This document shows positions 25,291 to 38,760 of a stretch of 64,000 nt of DNA, in pieces; position 1 is the first letter of the stretch, and each line of letters opens with the position of its first letter. Made by a program: the position numbers and the translations under genes. A model generated the notes under the pieces. It was not told where the DNA came from, ran no database searches, and was given only the letters and a program-made list of their open reading frames with translations. This DNA comes from the human T2T-CHM13v2.0 reference genome, Homo sapiens. The stretch is taken from assembly GCF_009914755.1 (NCBI RefSeq), contig NC_060929.1, one strand, 5' to 3'.

Positions 25291-27958
25291 ATTTTGCATA
25301 CTATTGTTGAACCATTTTAAATTATTGATATTTGAATATTTGTGACATAAAAAATAAAAATTTTATGTGGTTTAACATAATAATATGACTGTCAAAACTT
25401 TTAAATAAATGTATTTTTATGTTTTAATTAAGATGTGATTAAATGTTCCGCATTTAGAGAACATATGCTCTGCTGAAGTCACGGTTATATTGACTATATA
25501 GGGTGTTTCTTCCTTTGTTAAAATAAACTCCAACAGTACATTTCCTCATTCTTTCAAGATTTTCTGTATTTTTAAATCAATGGCTATTTCTTCCTTTCTC
25601 ATGAGACTTTAGTTTAGAACAGCAGCTTCTCTCAGTGATTTGCTCATCTATGAATTCTAACCAAGGCAGTATTAAACCATGGTTCCCTCCACACTTACCA
25701 TCTAGCCTGTAGAGCTACAATCTTTTACCAGTTTGCTTCATTTCTTTTACCAACATTTTTTTTTACCCTCCATGTATCTGTTCTTCAGTTCATGAATTAT
25801 TTTTCCATCCAAATAGATGTTTTCTTGATATTCGATATTCATAATTATGTGTTTTCTTATTGTTGTTATCAGATATAGTTCTTTTGAATAAGATTCATTT
25901 TAATACACTGTGTGGTCATGATTTCCACACTATACAATTTTGATATTATCCATGTGACATTTATATCTTGTGTTAAAAATCTCATGCTAACTTTATTATT
26001 CCTGATTTTTCAGTCATTATTAACATCTAAAGGCACCTACTCAGCTATTATTTTCCTTGTGAATTATTAGTGAGTCTTTATTTTATTTTAACAAAATATC
26101 TTACAATGCCACATCTGTTGTCTTCAGTTAGAGCCAGTGTTAGAATTTTTCTGCGTATTTTCTTTCTCTCTCTCATCTTTCTTTTGAAGGTCGCATGATT
26201 AAAATATAGATTGCCATTTCAAAAAAGTAAGATTATCTTTATTTCACAGAATCAGAGTAATTGATGTAGGTCCATGTTTGTGAACTCGCAGTAGGACCAA
26301 GTTTGAAAAACTGTTGTTTGGCATAATATATACAGCAAGCTATTCATCTCCTTACTTCCCTCATGTTTTCCAAATCAGACCATTAACTGAAAGAAAAGAC
26401 GAAAACTCAAATTCAGCCTTTTGGTTTTTCAGTCTCTTTTCTACATTAAATGAAGTAATTGTCTTTCCAAGTCAAAAATACAACCTCTTAGATAAAATTG
26501 TATTCGGTTCCTCTTAAACAAACACTTCTAAAAAAGTTTTGTTCAAAATACCATTGGCTATGACCTCTTCTATTATTTTTCTGCCATTGTTCTTCATAGG
26601 AATATGGTATAGGCATTAGCCAGTAGAAGACATCTCCAATTCATTATGTGAAATTTTTTCCTTGTTTATTACACTTCCATTAAATTACATAAAATGAAAA
26701 TTTCCAGAAACTTGTTCCACAAACCCAGCTGGCCAGTGAGGGGATCTTACCAAAGGGAGGCATCTAGATGTTCACAGATTGCACACATAGCCATGATTAC
26801 TCTTAATCAACCATATCAGTGGGAGAACATTCTCAATATGGCTGAAAAAAAAATAGCTCCTGAAGTATATTTTCTGAAATTAACTTGCCAAACTAAACCA
26901 TTTTTCCCTCTATGAAGCCAATTTTCATGTCCATCCACACCATCTGTTCCTTGTGAAAATGGAAAATTAGTTTCATGTTGACCTGGCATCAGTTAGCTCC
27001 ATTATCTCCAACTGGTTCATTTAAAAAGTCTGCAGTTTTCTCTACCAGAATATATCATCAGTATCTTATTTCTTAATCCAAAATAAATATAACCATTAAG
27101 TTATCCCTGTGCTTCTCCATGTCATTTATCTATTGAACAGTTTAGGAGATCAACTTACTCAATTTTAACTTCTTATTTAATACTTGTTCTACTGGTGACA
27201 TTACTTACCCTGTTCCCTACTGTCTAGGGACTATGGACTCAAGTTCTACCAAGGCACATTGTGAAAATTGCACAATGCATTTGGTTCCCATGTTGTGAAA
27301 AACCAACACCTTCTTTTTAGGTTAGAATTAAGTTACGATGTAGGTGTACATCTTCATTTTAAAAACAATTTGTATTTGAAATAGCTTTTACTTTTTGTCA
27401 TGAAGTTAATTTAGCAAAGCTAATCAAGGAATATAACAGATTGTAATAAAATACCTAACATTTGTGAATGAATTACATTAATTTAATTTTTTTTCAACTG
27501 CATCCGATCTCTTAGAGCTTTTTGAATAACCAGTCATACTTGAATGGGAATATTTGTAACTCAAATATGATATAATCATGTATATTTCTATGAATATATA
27601 GAAAACACCTTGAATGTACAGAATGAGTATTAGTACTTTAATAAGAATTCCCATTAAATAACTTTTAATGGTCTCTCATTAAAATAATTTATTTCAGAAG
27701 AAATATGCTTGCACTATCATTAAATTCAAAGGAATGTTAAATACATAGGAATTTAAAAATAATTTCTAAATGGCATCAGAACAATGATGAAACATATATG
27801 ATCTATGTTGATATTGTAATATCTTGAAAGGTGAAATAATTGTCACTTGCTTGTGCATCTGTGATTACATTCCAATCCAAGTTAAAAGTTTACCATCATA
27901 GAAACCAAAAATACTGCATAATGGCAGACTAAACTTAATCTCTATAATTAAAAATAGG

Positions 27959-28436
27959 TGTATTTGTTTCCTATTGCTGCTATGATAAATTGCTACAATT
28001 GTGGCTTAAAACAAATATGATCTATTCCCTTATCATTGTGAAAGTCAGAAGTCTGAAATCAAAGTGTTAGCAGGGCTCTGCTCCTTCTGAAAATTTCAGG
28101 GGAAAATCCATTTCCCTGTGTGTTCCAGCTTCTAAAGACCATTTGCATTTCTGGGCTCATGGTCCCTTTCTCCACCTGCAAAGTGTATTACTTCAGCTTC
28201 TGCCTTCATCATCACATCTCTTTGTAATCTCTGAATCTAACTCTACTACCTCTCTCTTACAAGGACCTTGTAATTGCATTAGCCTCATCTGGATAATGCA
28301 GAATAATTTCCTTACCTGAAAATACTTAATCCTTAATCACATCTACAAAATCCCTTTTGGACATAAGGTCACATACTCACAGGTTTCACTGGTGGAGATG
28401 TGGAACTCTTTCAAGGTATTTGTTTATCTTACCACA
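27959..28436 (-). mobile_element. MaLR LTR (MLT1D-like)
   Basis: TGTATTTGTTTCCTATTGCTGCT...GTGGCTTAAAACAA...GTCAGAAGTCTGAAATCAAAGTG...CTTAATCACATCT...ACCACA. Confidence 0.88.
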
Positions 28437-29160
28437 ATGTGGAACATGCAAGTTTTATCACTAGGCCTTTTAAAAATACAAGTTAAATATATAAAATGGA
28501 ATAAAACTCGAACACAAAAATTCTCAACCTCAACTTAAAATAACATAAACAAAAGTCTTTACATTTCCAGCATTCTGAATTATTCTCTGCCTTTGATTGA
28601 TCAAGAAATATTTATAGGACAAATCACAATAATTGAAGCAATCTATATTACAAGCTTATTAAGTTCTGCTGTTTTTAAAGATAAAATAATTTTTTAATTA
28701 AATCTTTGGAAGAAATAAGAATATAATAACATTAAAATTGTTCACCAAATGCAAAAAATGTTGAAAAAAGTATTTTGGTTCGGGTCACTTGAATCAGAAA
28801 AATTTTATTATCTTTTCAATCATGGACAAAAGTAGTAATCATAAATTAGCTGAAAATCTGCCCCTGATGAGATTTCATATAAAGACATAAAAAGTGACTC
28901 AGAGATATTTAAATGTTACAATCAATAAAACTGATTGATCTACAGGAATGTTAGGGTATTTTAAATGTTAGAATAAATAAAATGTGTTTATCTATAAGAA
29001 TTTATAATAGGGGAAAATAGGAATAAAGGAAAATTCCTGGATAGTGTAATTAACCAGGATGAGGCATTTAAGACGAGAAGCAGTTTAATAGACAAAAATT
29101 TCTGTTTTCTGGGTTGACGTTGGTTGAATTACCTATTGACCCTCCAGGCTGGTATGTTCC

Positions 29161-29686
29161 TGTAGTAATTCTGAATGATTCCCATTCAGCATCCTGCCTT
29201 TCCTCCTTATAGTTATCAATCTTCCTTCAGAGGATGGAAAAACTAAAACAGCTCTTTAAAAGTCCTTAATTTCTACCATTTTGATACAAAGTTGACATCT
29301 CTAACTAGATGCAGTTGCACAACATTTGAAATTTGGAAGTGGGTTTGAAGGGCAAACTGTCTCCTAATTGATTGGGTTCCCCCTCCCCCTCGCCCCCACA
29401 TTAAGCATAGTTGTAAGGACAAAGGGTTTTTCTTCAGCAACCCAGTCCCTAGCTTTCTCCTGTCATGACCTTGGGGTGTGTGTGGGAGCAGCATCCGCAT
29501 ATGTGGATCACAGCTGCAGCTGAGTGTTCTTAACAATTCCCGTTGTGGCATCTAAGGTGTCAGCCTTGAGCTGCCCCTCCAGTCCTTCTGAAAATTTTAA
29601 ATAATCTGACCACTGCATTGAATCCCTTTCTGCTAAAAGTAGCTATAACGGTTTCCATTTCTTATAACTGAACCCTAACTGATAAA
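29161..29686 (+). mobile_element. Old ERVL LTR (LTR40/41/50-like)
   Basis: TG start; 3' end AATCCCTTTCTGCTAAAAGTAGCTATAACGGTTTCC...AACTGAACCCTAACTGATA. Confidence 0.65.
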
Positions 29687-30879
29687 ATTTGGATGGCAGT
29701 TAGCTTGTTAAGTCTGGATTTCAGATCAATATCTTCATTCTATTACTTTACTGGGTATATTCACTAATATTGCATACAACTTCATATAAAATTAAATAAT
29801 TAAAAGTACAGCTATGAACAGAGTAATGATATGAATGAGAAGAGTCACCATTCTGCACCCTGGACTAATGTGGTATTTGTTTTTTTGTTCCATGGGCCTC
29901 TCAACCTTACATTTTCATTGTAGAGAGAATAAAGTTTTTCCTCTGAGTTCTCTCCCATCGCATGCCCAGTCACTGTGTCATCGATTTGTGTTGACCCACT
30001 GGTACTTCTCCACCTGGTGCATAGCAGGCCTGTAATACCAAGGGTGCTTCTGTGAGATGTGGTGTTTCCCAGTGGGCTGACACGGCCATCTGCCACATTC
30101 TTTTTGTGGGGAATTTGGAACCAAGATTGAAAGGGCTGTTTCAAGTATTCAACCTGATAAATACCATTTGAATTGCTGACTTTAGAACTGAATATAGATA
30201 TTTGGAAATCATTAACATATAGGATAGACATGACATTGAAGGTGGTCATCCAGGAAGTATTGCATGAATAAAAACATGGAAGAGCATCAATCCCATAAGA
30301 AGGTACAGGAAGAGAAGCCAGCAAGAGAAGCTGGGAGTAAATGACGATGTACAATATAAAAGTCTTAAAGAAGATTTCAAGTCTTTGAAACATTTCCCTT
30401 TCCACTATAATAAATTTCCTGTTCATTGTCCTTGTGTGTTTTCCAAATTTTCATGATCTCTGACATTGCCACCCCATTTCCAGCTTTTTTTCCTATGGTG
30501 GGGTCAATGGTAAACCACTTCAAATAAATATATTCTAAAATCGTGCAATTATTCCTTTATTTGTTGCTTGCAATCTTGTTAAATACTAACAGATATTTCT
30601 CTTTTCTTGATTGTAGGCAGCAGAGCAATCATGTGGAAACATGAAATCAAACTTATCCAGTTCTCCACCAATTCATATTACCTAACATCATCTGTCCACT
30701 GAGGAGTTCTTGATAACACTTGTGCTAGGGTTATGATACAGACTATTTTCGATTATACAAACAGATGTACACATGCACACACACACACACATCTTTATAC
30801 TTGCTTTACTGCTAAGAATATTCATTCTTTTCAAGGTAATATTTCTGTTATTTATCATGTCTCTTTACATTTTATTCTA

Positions 30880-31110
30880 GATTCATTTATTCATTTATTC
30901 TAAATTTTTATAAACACTATAAGCCAGGCAATGAGTCATGGACTAGAATATAAGAATGAAATGAATATAAAGTCTCCGGTAGTGTAAGTGGAATTACAGA
31001 CAGTAAATGATAATGAAAAGCCTGATTAGAGAGATTGTCAAAATGCTGGGATTCTTTTGGCAAGATTGTCAGAGAAGACCTCTTTGATAAGAAATCATTT
31101 ATGCAGATAC
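30880..31110 (-). mobile_element. L2 3' end fragment
   Basis: ATTCATTTATTCATTTATTC...CACTATAAGCCAGGCA. Confidence 0.6.
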
Positions 31111-31750
31111 TGTAAGGAAAACTCTCTTGTCTTTCTGCAGCTGTTCTTTTATGCTGGTTTGTATCAACTTTTAATATATTTAAGACTCACATCTATTCCT
31201 CATCTGTGTTACAAATATTCTGCCCAGGTTCACATCTCTTCCTTTTAACTTGACTTATAATATGCTGTCCATGTATTAATCTTCCAACTATATAGCCTAA
31301 TTGTCAAACTTTCTCTTATATTTCTAAGCTTTGGGTAATGGTTAAAATGTAATTTTCCAATCAGTAATGAAAAACATTAGTATTTTATTTAGCACCTTTA
31401 CTGTTTATTTTTATGCTTAGAGCTTGTATCCAATTGGGATTTATTTTGTCATAATGAGTGAAATCTTGACACAAATGTATATGATAGATAGATAGATAGA
31501 TGATACATAGATAGAGCGATAGATGATAGATACATAGATCTCCAATTGTTTCTATAGAATTCTTTGCATAATCAAACCTTTCCATACTAACTTGAGATAT
31601 CATCTTATGTAAACTAAATCCCTGTATATGAGTCCATTCTGGCCTACCTGATTTATTCCATCATATCATAGATTTATTATTACTAATTGTCAATTTAAAT
31701 AACATTTTAATATGATATACTATTTTAGTATATTATCAATACAATGAAAA
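31110..31750 (-). mobile_element. Ancient L1M fragment containing a (GATA)n repeat (31481-31538)
   Basis: ATCCAATTGGGATTTATTTTG and other antisense ORF2-like motifs; GATA repeat seen directly. Confidence 0.5.
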
Positions 31751-34529
31751 TATAAAACAATGTAAGTATAAAAAATATATATCTACGCAAGCCTTAAATT
31801 AGAGCAAGGTACTAAAAAGTTGCATTCATCTATAGGTATCAAAAGATATGACTGATTATTGTTCTTGTAATTTCTAGTTCCTTGTCTTAGCAGAGTTCTC
31901 ATGACCTTTAAAGGTATAATAAGGTCCAATGAACACAGTGTGAACAACTGGCTGCGTATTTTTTAAAGTAACATTTATGCATAAAACTTTTGTTCTGTTT
32001 CAGTAAGACACTTTAGCATATGCTGGTTAAATTCCTTCTTCTTATTACAGCCCAAATCTGTTTTCATTCAGGTTGGTTGCTTTATGCCTGCAAGCTAAAA
32101 AAAGGATATTTAAAATCTTGAGAGAAATGATTCACACTCTCTTTGGCAGCTAAAGTTACAATCTTTGCCTTTTGCTCACTCCTTGGAATTTGATGAACTA
32201 AAAGATTAAGACAGTCATGCCACATGTATAAACCAAATGCTTTCAGTTCTTATACTGACAACACAATTGCTTGTGACTTCTCAGAGAAAAGTCACCCATT
32301 ATTGTTGTTAAAACTGTTTTCCTAAACTACCGTGATGGAAACCAGTCTTAAGAATCCTTTATTTCTTTCTTTGAAGAGATGCAGAAGAGATTTTTTTCTA
32401 CTGATGCAAATGAAAAAGATCAATTCTAAGTGACTGATGTAAAAGTCAAAGCATGCTAAACTTACAACCTGGATTCCCGGAGCAGGCCCTGATGGGATCC
32501 ATAAACATGTTAAAGTTTGGTCAAGGAAAGTCACTGTGAGTCAGGGAGACATTGTGACATATTTCTACAGCTCTAAGGTAAATCTGTCCAGAAAGGAGGT
32601 GAAATAGAGGTGCTTTGGTTTTCATTGTATACAAATTACTTTCAAAGGGAATACTCCCTTTGAAAATAATATTGTAAAAATCTCTATGGAGAACACAGAA
32701 ATTAGAAATAAGAATGGGGCTACAATTTAGTACATTGATACTCTAACCTACAAAATGTAAGTGTGTTAGCTTATTGAATAGTTATGGAATCTCTATCATG
32801 TGTTACCATGTTAGCAAGTATAACAAGGAAATCCCTGAAAATTTACATCTGTTTCCCAAAATTTGCTCCATGGAATGAGAGAAAAAGCTAGGGATATAAA
32901 TCAGCATTTGTTGAATTCTGGACCTCTGCTTTGCCAAAATTGTGTTGTAAAATAATAAAATTATCGTCTCTGGCAACAGGGTTAGAATCCTGATGATGTA
33001 ACTGGCAGCCTGATTGAGCTTGGACAAGGCATTTAGTCACTTTGGGCTGATAGAAACTGCTTTATAGTGCTTTTATTGGGCAATATACATATATAAGAAT
33101 AAATAAAATAACTTGGGGCATAAATACAAAGTTAAATTTAGCTGTTTTTACTATCGTTATGACATTCTCGTTCTCCATAGTGTTACTGTTCTTTCAAGGA
33201 AGACACCATTCATGTCTTTAGAAATCTCACAAATTAGGATCTAAATAAATTTTCTAATAACCACATACAAGGAAGACAAAATGCAGTGACAAAAACAAAC
33301 ATGAGTCATAAAGATAGGAGAAGAAGAGATTCTACAGAGACCAGGAAAGATCAGTTCTAATCTGACAATGGGTCAGAAAACTCTTTGAGAAAGGAAAGAC
33401 TTCGGGTTGAACATTCTAAGATAGAAAAAAAAAAAAGAAATAAAAAATCAGCAGCTCATGTTGAGGATGTGATGGAGGAAAACTCTAGATGCAGAGGAGA
33501 GCCATGATATTTAAATAACATTTCTAAAAGTGTTAGAGAAATGTGTTTTGAGTAGAATGTACAAAAATTTCCCTGATATTTGTAAAATAATTAGTGAAAG
33601 AAAAGCTTGGAAATATTACTTGGGGAAATCTAAGCGAAACCTATCTGCCCATCTAGGCTGTGGCAGACTAGAGGTATTATCATTACCATTACATGCTAGA
33701 TGAAGTACAATTTGGCATGAAGAATTGTTTCCAAAGTTGATTGCTTTGAGATTTATATTTTGTGATTTTAATGCTTGTTTGTTGCCAAATATATGACAGT
33801 AGCTAATATTAACATGCAAAACAGTACCCTTTAATTTAACAATATTGTCCTAGACATATGCCACATATTATATGTCAATTAACACAAATTATCTTCTTTC
33901 TGTGCCTATGAATGCTGTTGACAAGCATTTTGTAAAAAGCATTTTTGTCAATTTATTCACATTTTTGGTAAAATTATGCAGCCAAAAAAACCTGTACTAT
34001 GGAACACTTTTAAAAATTCACTATATTACCTTCAATAATTCAATGGTTCTTTATTCTAGCCCAACTATCCCTCTTACTAGCTACACAAACTTGCATCTGT
34101 TATGCAGGCTCCAGAAGCTTTTGTTTCAATATTTTTAAACCAATTCTTGACTAACTGACAATCTATGGTTGTTCGTGGCTAACTCCTTATATATTTGCAG
34201 TTACACAAAATAAACTGACCAAAAAGAGTCTCAGAAATTAGTTTTTACAAATCAGGGAAATTGAGGGAGGGACAATACACAGGAATTTAAAATTATTTTT
34301 TTAAATTGATGAATCTACATCTTAACTTCATGGAATATGTCTGTCAGATTGTAGTCTTAATTTTTCTGCATAGAAGAACTAATCACAATTTTCAATAACT
34401 TTCTTCCAGTTTAAAAACAATCTACAACTCACAAATGCTTCCACTATTTATGAAAGAATTTTTTAAAAAGATTAGACATTTTTGCCAACTACATGCTTCC
34501 TTCTTGTTCTCTCATCTAATATATTATCA

Positions 34530-34700
34530 CAGCAGATTTCCCCAAAGAAATTATCTGGATTTCCCCTAGAAATTATCTAGGGCCCTTGCGAGTATGGAGA
34601 TTCTGATTTAGTAGGTAGGGCAGGGGACTGAGATTTTATCTTTCTAACAAGCTTTTAGGGGGTGTTGTTTTGGCTGCCTGGGGACCACATGCCAGGTGGG
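34530..34700. mobile_element. MER5-like hAT-Charlie MITE fragment
   Basis: GAGATTCTGATTTTAGTAGGT...TTTCTAACAAGCT...GGGACCACA. Confidence 0.6.
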
Positions 34701-34717
34701 AAGGTGCTGAAAGCCTT

Positions 34718-34997
34718 CTCAAGATATCACAAGAACAAAAAACCAAACACCGCATATTTTCACTCATAGGTGGGAACTGAACAATGGGAACACATGGACA
34801 CAGGAAGGGGAACATCACACTGTGAGGACTGTTGTGGGGCGGGGGGGGGCGGGGGAGGGATAGCATTGGGAGATATACCTAATGCTAGATGAAGAGTTAG
34901 TGGGTGCAGCGCATCAGCATGGCACATGTATACATATGTAACTAACCTGCACATTGTGCACATGTACCCTAAAACTTAAAGTATAATAAAAAAATAA
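34718..34997 (+). mobile_element. Young L1PA2/3-like 3' end, 5'-truncated
   Basis: CAAGAACAAAAAACCAAACACCGCATA...GCATTGGGAGATATACCTAATGCTAGATGA...CCCTAAAACTTAAAGTATAATAAAAAAA. Confidence 0.94.
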
Positions 34998-35139
34998 TTT
35001 TAAATGCAAAAAAACAAACAAACAAACAAACAAACAAAACAGATTTCCCTCTTTAAATCCTTTTTCCTGGTGGGCTTTGTAGCCTTCTTAATGTTTTTGT
35101 TTTTGTTTTCGTTTTTGCCAGTCAACTCTTCTGAAACCA

Positions 35140-36010
35140 TAATCAAGATCCATGTGGTCCCATTGTTTGGGGCCAAAAGCCTGGAGCCATCCCATCTCTG
35201 ACATCCCATGTCCAATCCTGTTACAACCACCTTGAAAAATTTTCAGAATGTGACCATTTCTACCTTTCTGCAAACAGTACTTCCACCACCATATGGTACC
35301 ATACTGGTGTAAGTCTTATTAGTTTCCTCCTAGGTTATTATAATAGCTTCCTTATTACTTCTGTGAACGTATCCTTGCCCCCCGCAAAGTCTTTCTATTG
35401 TTAATATGAGATTTTAGGTGATACTTTTAAAACTTAAGTCAGATCATGCCACTCTCTTGTTCAAAACCATCACAGAACCCATTTCGCTTAGAATGAAGGT
35501 CATTTGCTTTACAATGTTCTATAAGGTCGTACATAATCTTGGTTTCTGTACCTCTGTAAAATTATTTTCCGCTGTGCTCTCCCTTACTTTAGCCAATCTG
35601 ACCTCTTTGCGGGCTTCTTGAACATGCCTGACCTGCACTCTTGCTTATTCACATAGCTATATTCTTCACTTTTCTTAAATCTTAGTTCAGATAGCACTTT
35701 ACAAATGAGGTCAGTTATGACCATTCAATTTAAAATTGTAACTCATCTTCTGGGCCAAGTTCTGATTCCCTGTTCTGCTCGTCTTCTTTTAACATATTAT
35801 TAAGCATGGCACTTGCCAACTTCTAAAACACGACATAATTTACCTATTGAGCATGTTTGTTCATTTTTTAAAATTCTGTCTAGCCCCAGTAAAATGTAAA
35901 CTTCTTGAGGGAAGAGATTTTGTCTGTTTTCTTTATTGTTATCCTCGCTGATTTAATCCAAACAATTCAATGGTGTCTGCCATATTGCAGATACTCCCAA
36001 AATATATGAT
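35140..36010 (+). mobile_element. L2a
   Basis: GGCCAAAAGCCTGGAGCCATCC...AAGTCAGATCATGCCACTCTCTTGTTCAAAACC...AAAATGTAAACTTCTTGAGGGAAGAGATTTTGTCTG. Confidence 0.8.
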
Positions 36011-36973
36011 AAATAAAATGATCAAAATATGAACTAGGAATCTGGGCAGGAGAAATTTCCTTGACATCATTGAGGAAGATGTTAGATAATGGTAAGTTCT
36101 AAAAGAAATGGACGGTAAGAAATTGAGATAGTTTATAATTAGAAGCAATATGCATGGAAGAGAAATAATATATAGAAATCAAAGTAAAATATTTATTTTT
36201 ATTATTTTTAAAAAAGAAATGAGATATGTGAGCCTATTTATGGATTGAGGGAAACAACCATGAGATATGAAAATGGCAATTGTTGAAGCCAATGTTTTGG
36301 AGGATATTTGAGAAAACCACAAGCTCCAGTCAAAAGACTGCTCTCAAAGAGAAGCAAAATGTGGGTTTTTCTTTGGGAATAAAATGGGTTGGAATAAATG
36401 AATTATTTATAAATTAAAATCAGCACTTGGGAAAAATCTACTTTATCAATATTATTAATTAATGAAGATTTTATGATAGGGATTATGAGAAGACAAGTGA
36501 AAGAGAAAAACAACTGAGTATGTCAAAGGGTTGCTGATTAGCATGGAGATACAAGTTTAGGAACGGTGAGTGTTTAAACTATGACTACTGTACAGCTAGG
36601 TGATCACTTAACAGTATGTGGAGATTTGCATCACTGGAGCGATGCTGAGTTGGAGCTTTGCTGAACAAGTGTAACTGAAGAACAAAAAGGGTGCAGAAAA
36701 ATATTAGTCTCTATTAGGTGAGGAGTTTCTAAAACCAATGTTACATTTATCAACTATCTCCAGTATTGAAATTAAAAACTGAAAAACTAGGGCATTGCAT
36801 TTGGACCCAGGGATATTATAGTTTAAAATAGCTAGTGTGTATTAGTTAAGAAAAATGATATTGTCTGGGTTATGGCCATCCATGTAAGAGGCTAAAGTGG
36901 TTTTGGAAACGAAGAGGATTAAAAAAAAGAACGCAATAACAGGATGGTGTTGGTTTACTATTTACAAGAAGGC

Positions 36974-37100
36974 AGGGTGACCATACATCCTGACCTTCCA
37001 GAAAAGTTCTGCTCTGTGACTGTTTCTCCAGCTTAAAGAGAAATGAAGCTTCCATTTTACTCAAATGTGTTCCAGTTTGAAGGATAATTTGTTAAACCTA
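36974..37100 (+). mobile_element. MER94-like hAT-Blackjack MITE
   Basis: AGGGTGACCATACATCCTG...ACTCAAATGTGTTCCAGTTTGAAGGATAATT...AACCTA. Confidence 0.7.
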
Positions 37101-37269
37101 TATATAGGATGTGTCGTTTTGTGAGGTAGATGCCACATTTCTTAACAATTTTGAAGTGTATCAGTGAGTCAATAAAAAATGGTAAGGAGGAGTAAGAAGA
37201 TAATTAAATAGTGCAAGGAATAGGGACTCAAACATTTCAAGTTAGCGTGATTCTTCTGTAGATCAATCT

Positions 37270-37620
37270 TCCTAGTTGTGCGGTGAAAAATGTCTCCCTA
37301 TATTTGATATGCACCCCTTAAAAGTCTATCCCAAAAGTCTATTTAAAGTAAAAGAAATCATTCTTAAATAATCCAGGACTTCAACTATTAGAAAGTAAAA
37401 TTGTCACCATTATGATTCCACTTCTTTAAGCCCAACATCCTAAATGTCTTTCAATGTTACCTCATTTAAATAATTTTGAAGACTTCACTACTACTTTGAT
37501 TATTTTTAAAAGGTAGTTGTTAAAAATAAATACAATACCTTTTCATGAATGACAAATTGATACTAGAATAAGGTTGTAGTAGCTTTTGGTGAGTGCTACT
37601 ATTCCTACTAACGTGTCTCT
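37270..37620 (-). mobile_element. L3/CR1 relic
   Basis: GAAAAATGTCTCCCTATATTTGA...AAGCCCAACATCCTAAATGTCTTTCAATGTTACCTCAT. Confidence 0.4.
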
Positions 37621-38299
37621 AATATGAATTAATTTCTGGTGCTTTTCATTTTTAATTTGTTTTGTTTTTTGATTTAATAAAACCATTGAAATCCACATTT
37701 TTATTCCTTTCATATAACTCTCTTAATGTGAGTTGTTTAAAGAGATAATAGTAGGGAAAAACAGAAACTTATTTATATTTTCTTAGGCATATGTTCATTC
37801 TTAAGATTTTTTTCTTTGTCAAATCTATTTAATTACATTTTTCTTTTATTTTCTTTTTTGGCTTTTTTTTTTTGTCTTTTGTACCTCAGGTGTATGGAAT
37901 TAGATTCAACATATTTAGTTCATGGAACAAAGTGATATAGTTGATTGCCGTTTTGATAGCTCTACTTTAAGGGTGTTGATAAGGTATATTATCAAGGCCC
38001 AAACAGAATCTCTGATTATATTTTAAAAATAAAACCAAAACCCATTTACTTCTCCTTTCCTTACCGTTACACAATCCTTTTTAAAGATAGTATTATTTCT
38101 TGCCTACACTACACTGAATGCTACTATTTTTATGCTTCTAATTTCTATGTTTGTCTACATTTTAATCTATACAATGTGAAACAATAGCATTTAGAAAACA
38201 CATGCCATTTCTCTTGTCAATGGTCTCCAATGTACTGGGGAAAATATATAGATTCTTTGCTATGCCTTTTTAATCTCTACATGAATTTGTCTATTCCTC

Positions 38300-38760
38300 C
38301 AACTTTATCACATCTCACTCTCTTTTCTTCACTCCATCCTTTTAGCGACACTGGCTTTCAGCCAGTTCCAAAATCATGCCGTGTTCAAATTCATGTATAT
38401 TTTACAGCCTTCAAATTTTCTTCTATCTAAAATGGAGTCTCCTGGATATTTACATGGTTAGTCTCAATAAGAAGGTCAACCTCTCTGAGAGCTATACTGT
38501 GAACACCAAATCTAAAGTGATGCCCACAAGTCACTAGACATTATAACAGACTGTTTTATTATTTTCCTCACACTTGCCACTATCTGAAATAATTGTGTTT
38601 CTTCGATACTTGACTATGTTTAGTTTCTGTACCAGATTAATAGCCCCATAAAATAGAAATATATAATATTTTGGTTTCTTTGTTGTTGTTTAACAGTGCA
38701 GTTTCAGTATCTAGAAAAGAGTTTGGGAAAAAGTAGACATTTAGTAAATAGTTATGAAAA
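38300..38760 (+). mobile_element. L2 3' region
   Basis: CACTCCATCCTTTAGCGACACTGGCTTTC...GTAGACATTTAGTAAATAGTT. Confidence 0.7.

Noticed and set aside
29845-30426. Longest ORF in the window (193 aa, minus)
   Set aside because: No recognisable domain, no splice context, and it partly overlaps L2-like sequence. Consistent with chance.
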